Shown: in pieces, positions 63,644 through 64,000 of the stretch
How positions within the stretch are numbered: the first letter of the stretch is position 1
Layout: every line of letters begins with the position of its first letter
Origin: Dimorphilus gyrociliatus
Lineage: Eukaryota > Animalia > Annelida
Length of the DNA stretch: 64,000 nucleotides
NCBI GenBank assembly: GCA_904063045.1
Contig: CAJFCJ010000009.1
Span: forward strand, 228,942 to 292,941
Direction of reading: 5' to 3'
Program-made: the position numbers and the translations under genes
The notes under the pieces: model-generated
Seen by the model: the letters and a program-made list of their open reading frames with translations, nothing else
What the model was told of the DNA's origin: nothing
Databases searched by the model: none

Positions 63644-63865
63644 TTTACTTATTATTAGGCAGTAATTTATTTTAAAACGAACAAACAATAATATATCTTT
63701 AATACAGATCGGCATGGACGGCAGAATGATTCTGAATAACTCGAATTTGAATCATAAAGAATTAAATTCGATTGGATTTAAAAGCTACTGAAAAAAATAT
63801 AGAAAAAACGAAAACAAATTAAAGAGTTTATACAATCATTAAAATTAATAAAATTCTTCAACAAG

Positions 63866-64000
63866 TTAACTTAAGTTTTCTGTCATGAAAGTTTTCTCGT
63901 TAAAATTTACTATTTTTTCGTCGGTCTTTTCCTCTTTTTCTTCTTCGCCCTCGCTACTGTTATTACTTTCACTATCACTACCGCTAGTGTCTTCGTCACT
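63866..64000 (-). CDS. 3' end of an unidentified protein with a Ser/Asp/Glu-rich C-terminus (partial)
   Basis: Open frame from the window edge: SDEDTSGSDSESNNSSEGEEEKEEKTDEKIVNFNEKTFMTENLS*. Confidence 0.6.
   Translation of the reverse strand, partial: SDEDTSGSDSESNNSSEGEEEKEEKTDEKIVNFNEKTFMTENLS

Larger units (their letters stand above)
62482..63855 (+). ncRNA. Spliced, apparently non-coding snoRNA host gene (GAS5/UHG-like architecture)
   Basis: Micro-exons 62673-62694, 62868-62914, 63078-63129, 63298-63333, 63499-63549 and 63708 onward, all with GT-AG sites. AATAAA at 63847. One snoRNA per intron; duplicated exons differ by frame-breaking indels. The 5' end is inferred. Confidence 0.75.

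Overview
AT-rich, very gene-dense animal (eukaryotic) genomic DNA: about 28 protein-coding genes in 64 kb, mostly with 50-90 nt GT-AG introns. By inference this is a miniaturised invertebrate genome, possibly a meiofaunal annelid such as Dimorphilus; the sequence alone cannot prove the species. Gene order: DICER1 (partial, minus), ALKBH6, claudin/PMP22-like, InaF-motif micropeptide, ANKRD16, RBM28, STARD10, PGM2, NAGA, STPG4, Ly6/three-finger protein, orphan, COG8, ECT2, COG1, GCSH, three tandem ARF-like GTPases, alpha-SNAP, orphan, MEIG1, NHL-repeat protein, front-end desaturase, SPTLC1, SLC25A19, AhpD-like peroxidase, SMARCD1, a non-coding snoRNA host gene, and the 3' end of an acidic protein. 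No tRNA, rRNA, CRISPR or intact transposon was seen. The strongest signals are not visible in the ORF track. (1) Five near-identical box C/D snoRNAs, one per intron, lie in a spliced apparently non-coding host gene and carry a 13-nt guide antisense to the 5' region of LSU rRNA. (2) PGM2 has tandemly duplicated, probably mutually exclusive exons that are frame-enforced and flanked by a candidate intronic RNA stem; alpha-SNAP has a similar duplicated exon pair. (3) An ARF-like cluster contains a P-loop-dead pseudo-GTPase and a twin pair with identical introns but about 22 clustered amino-acid differences, including catalytic Gln to Gly. (4) Dicer has a degenerate helicase ATPase. (5) A bacterial-type AhpD peroxidase has an intron-split mitochondrial-type presequence. 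(6) ALKBH6, the claudin-like gene and the InaF gene are interleaved. All exon calls are manual translations without transcript support.
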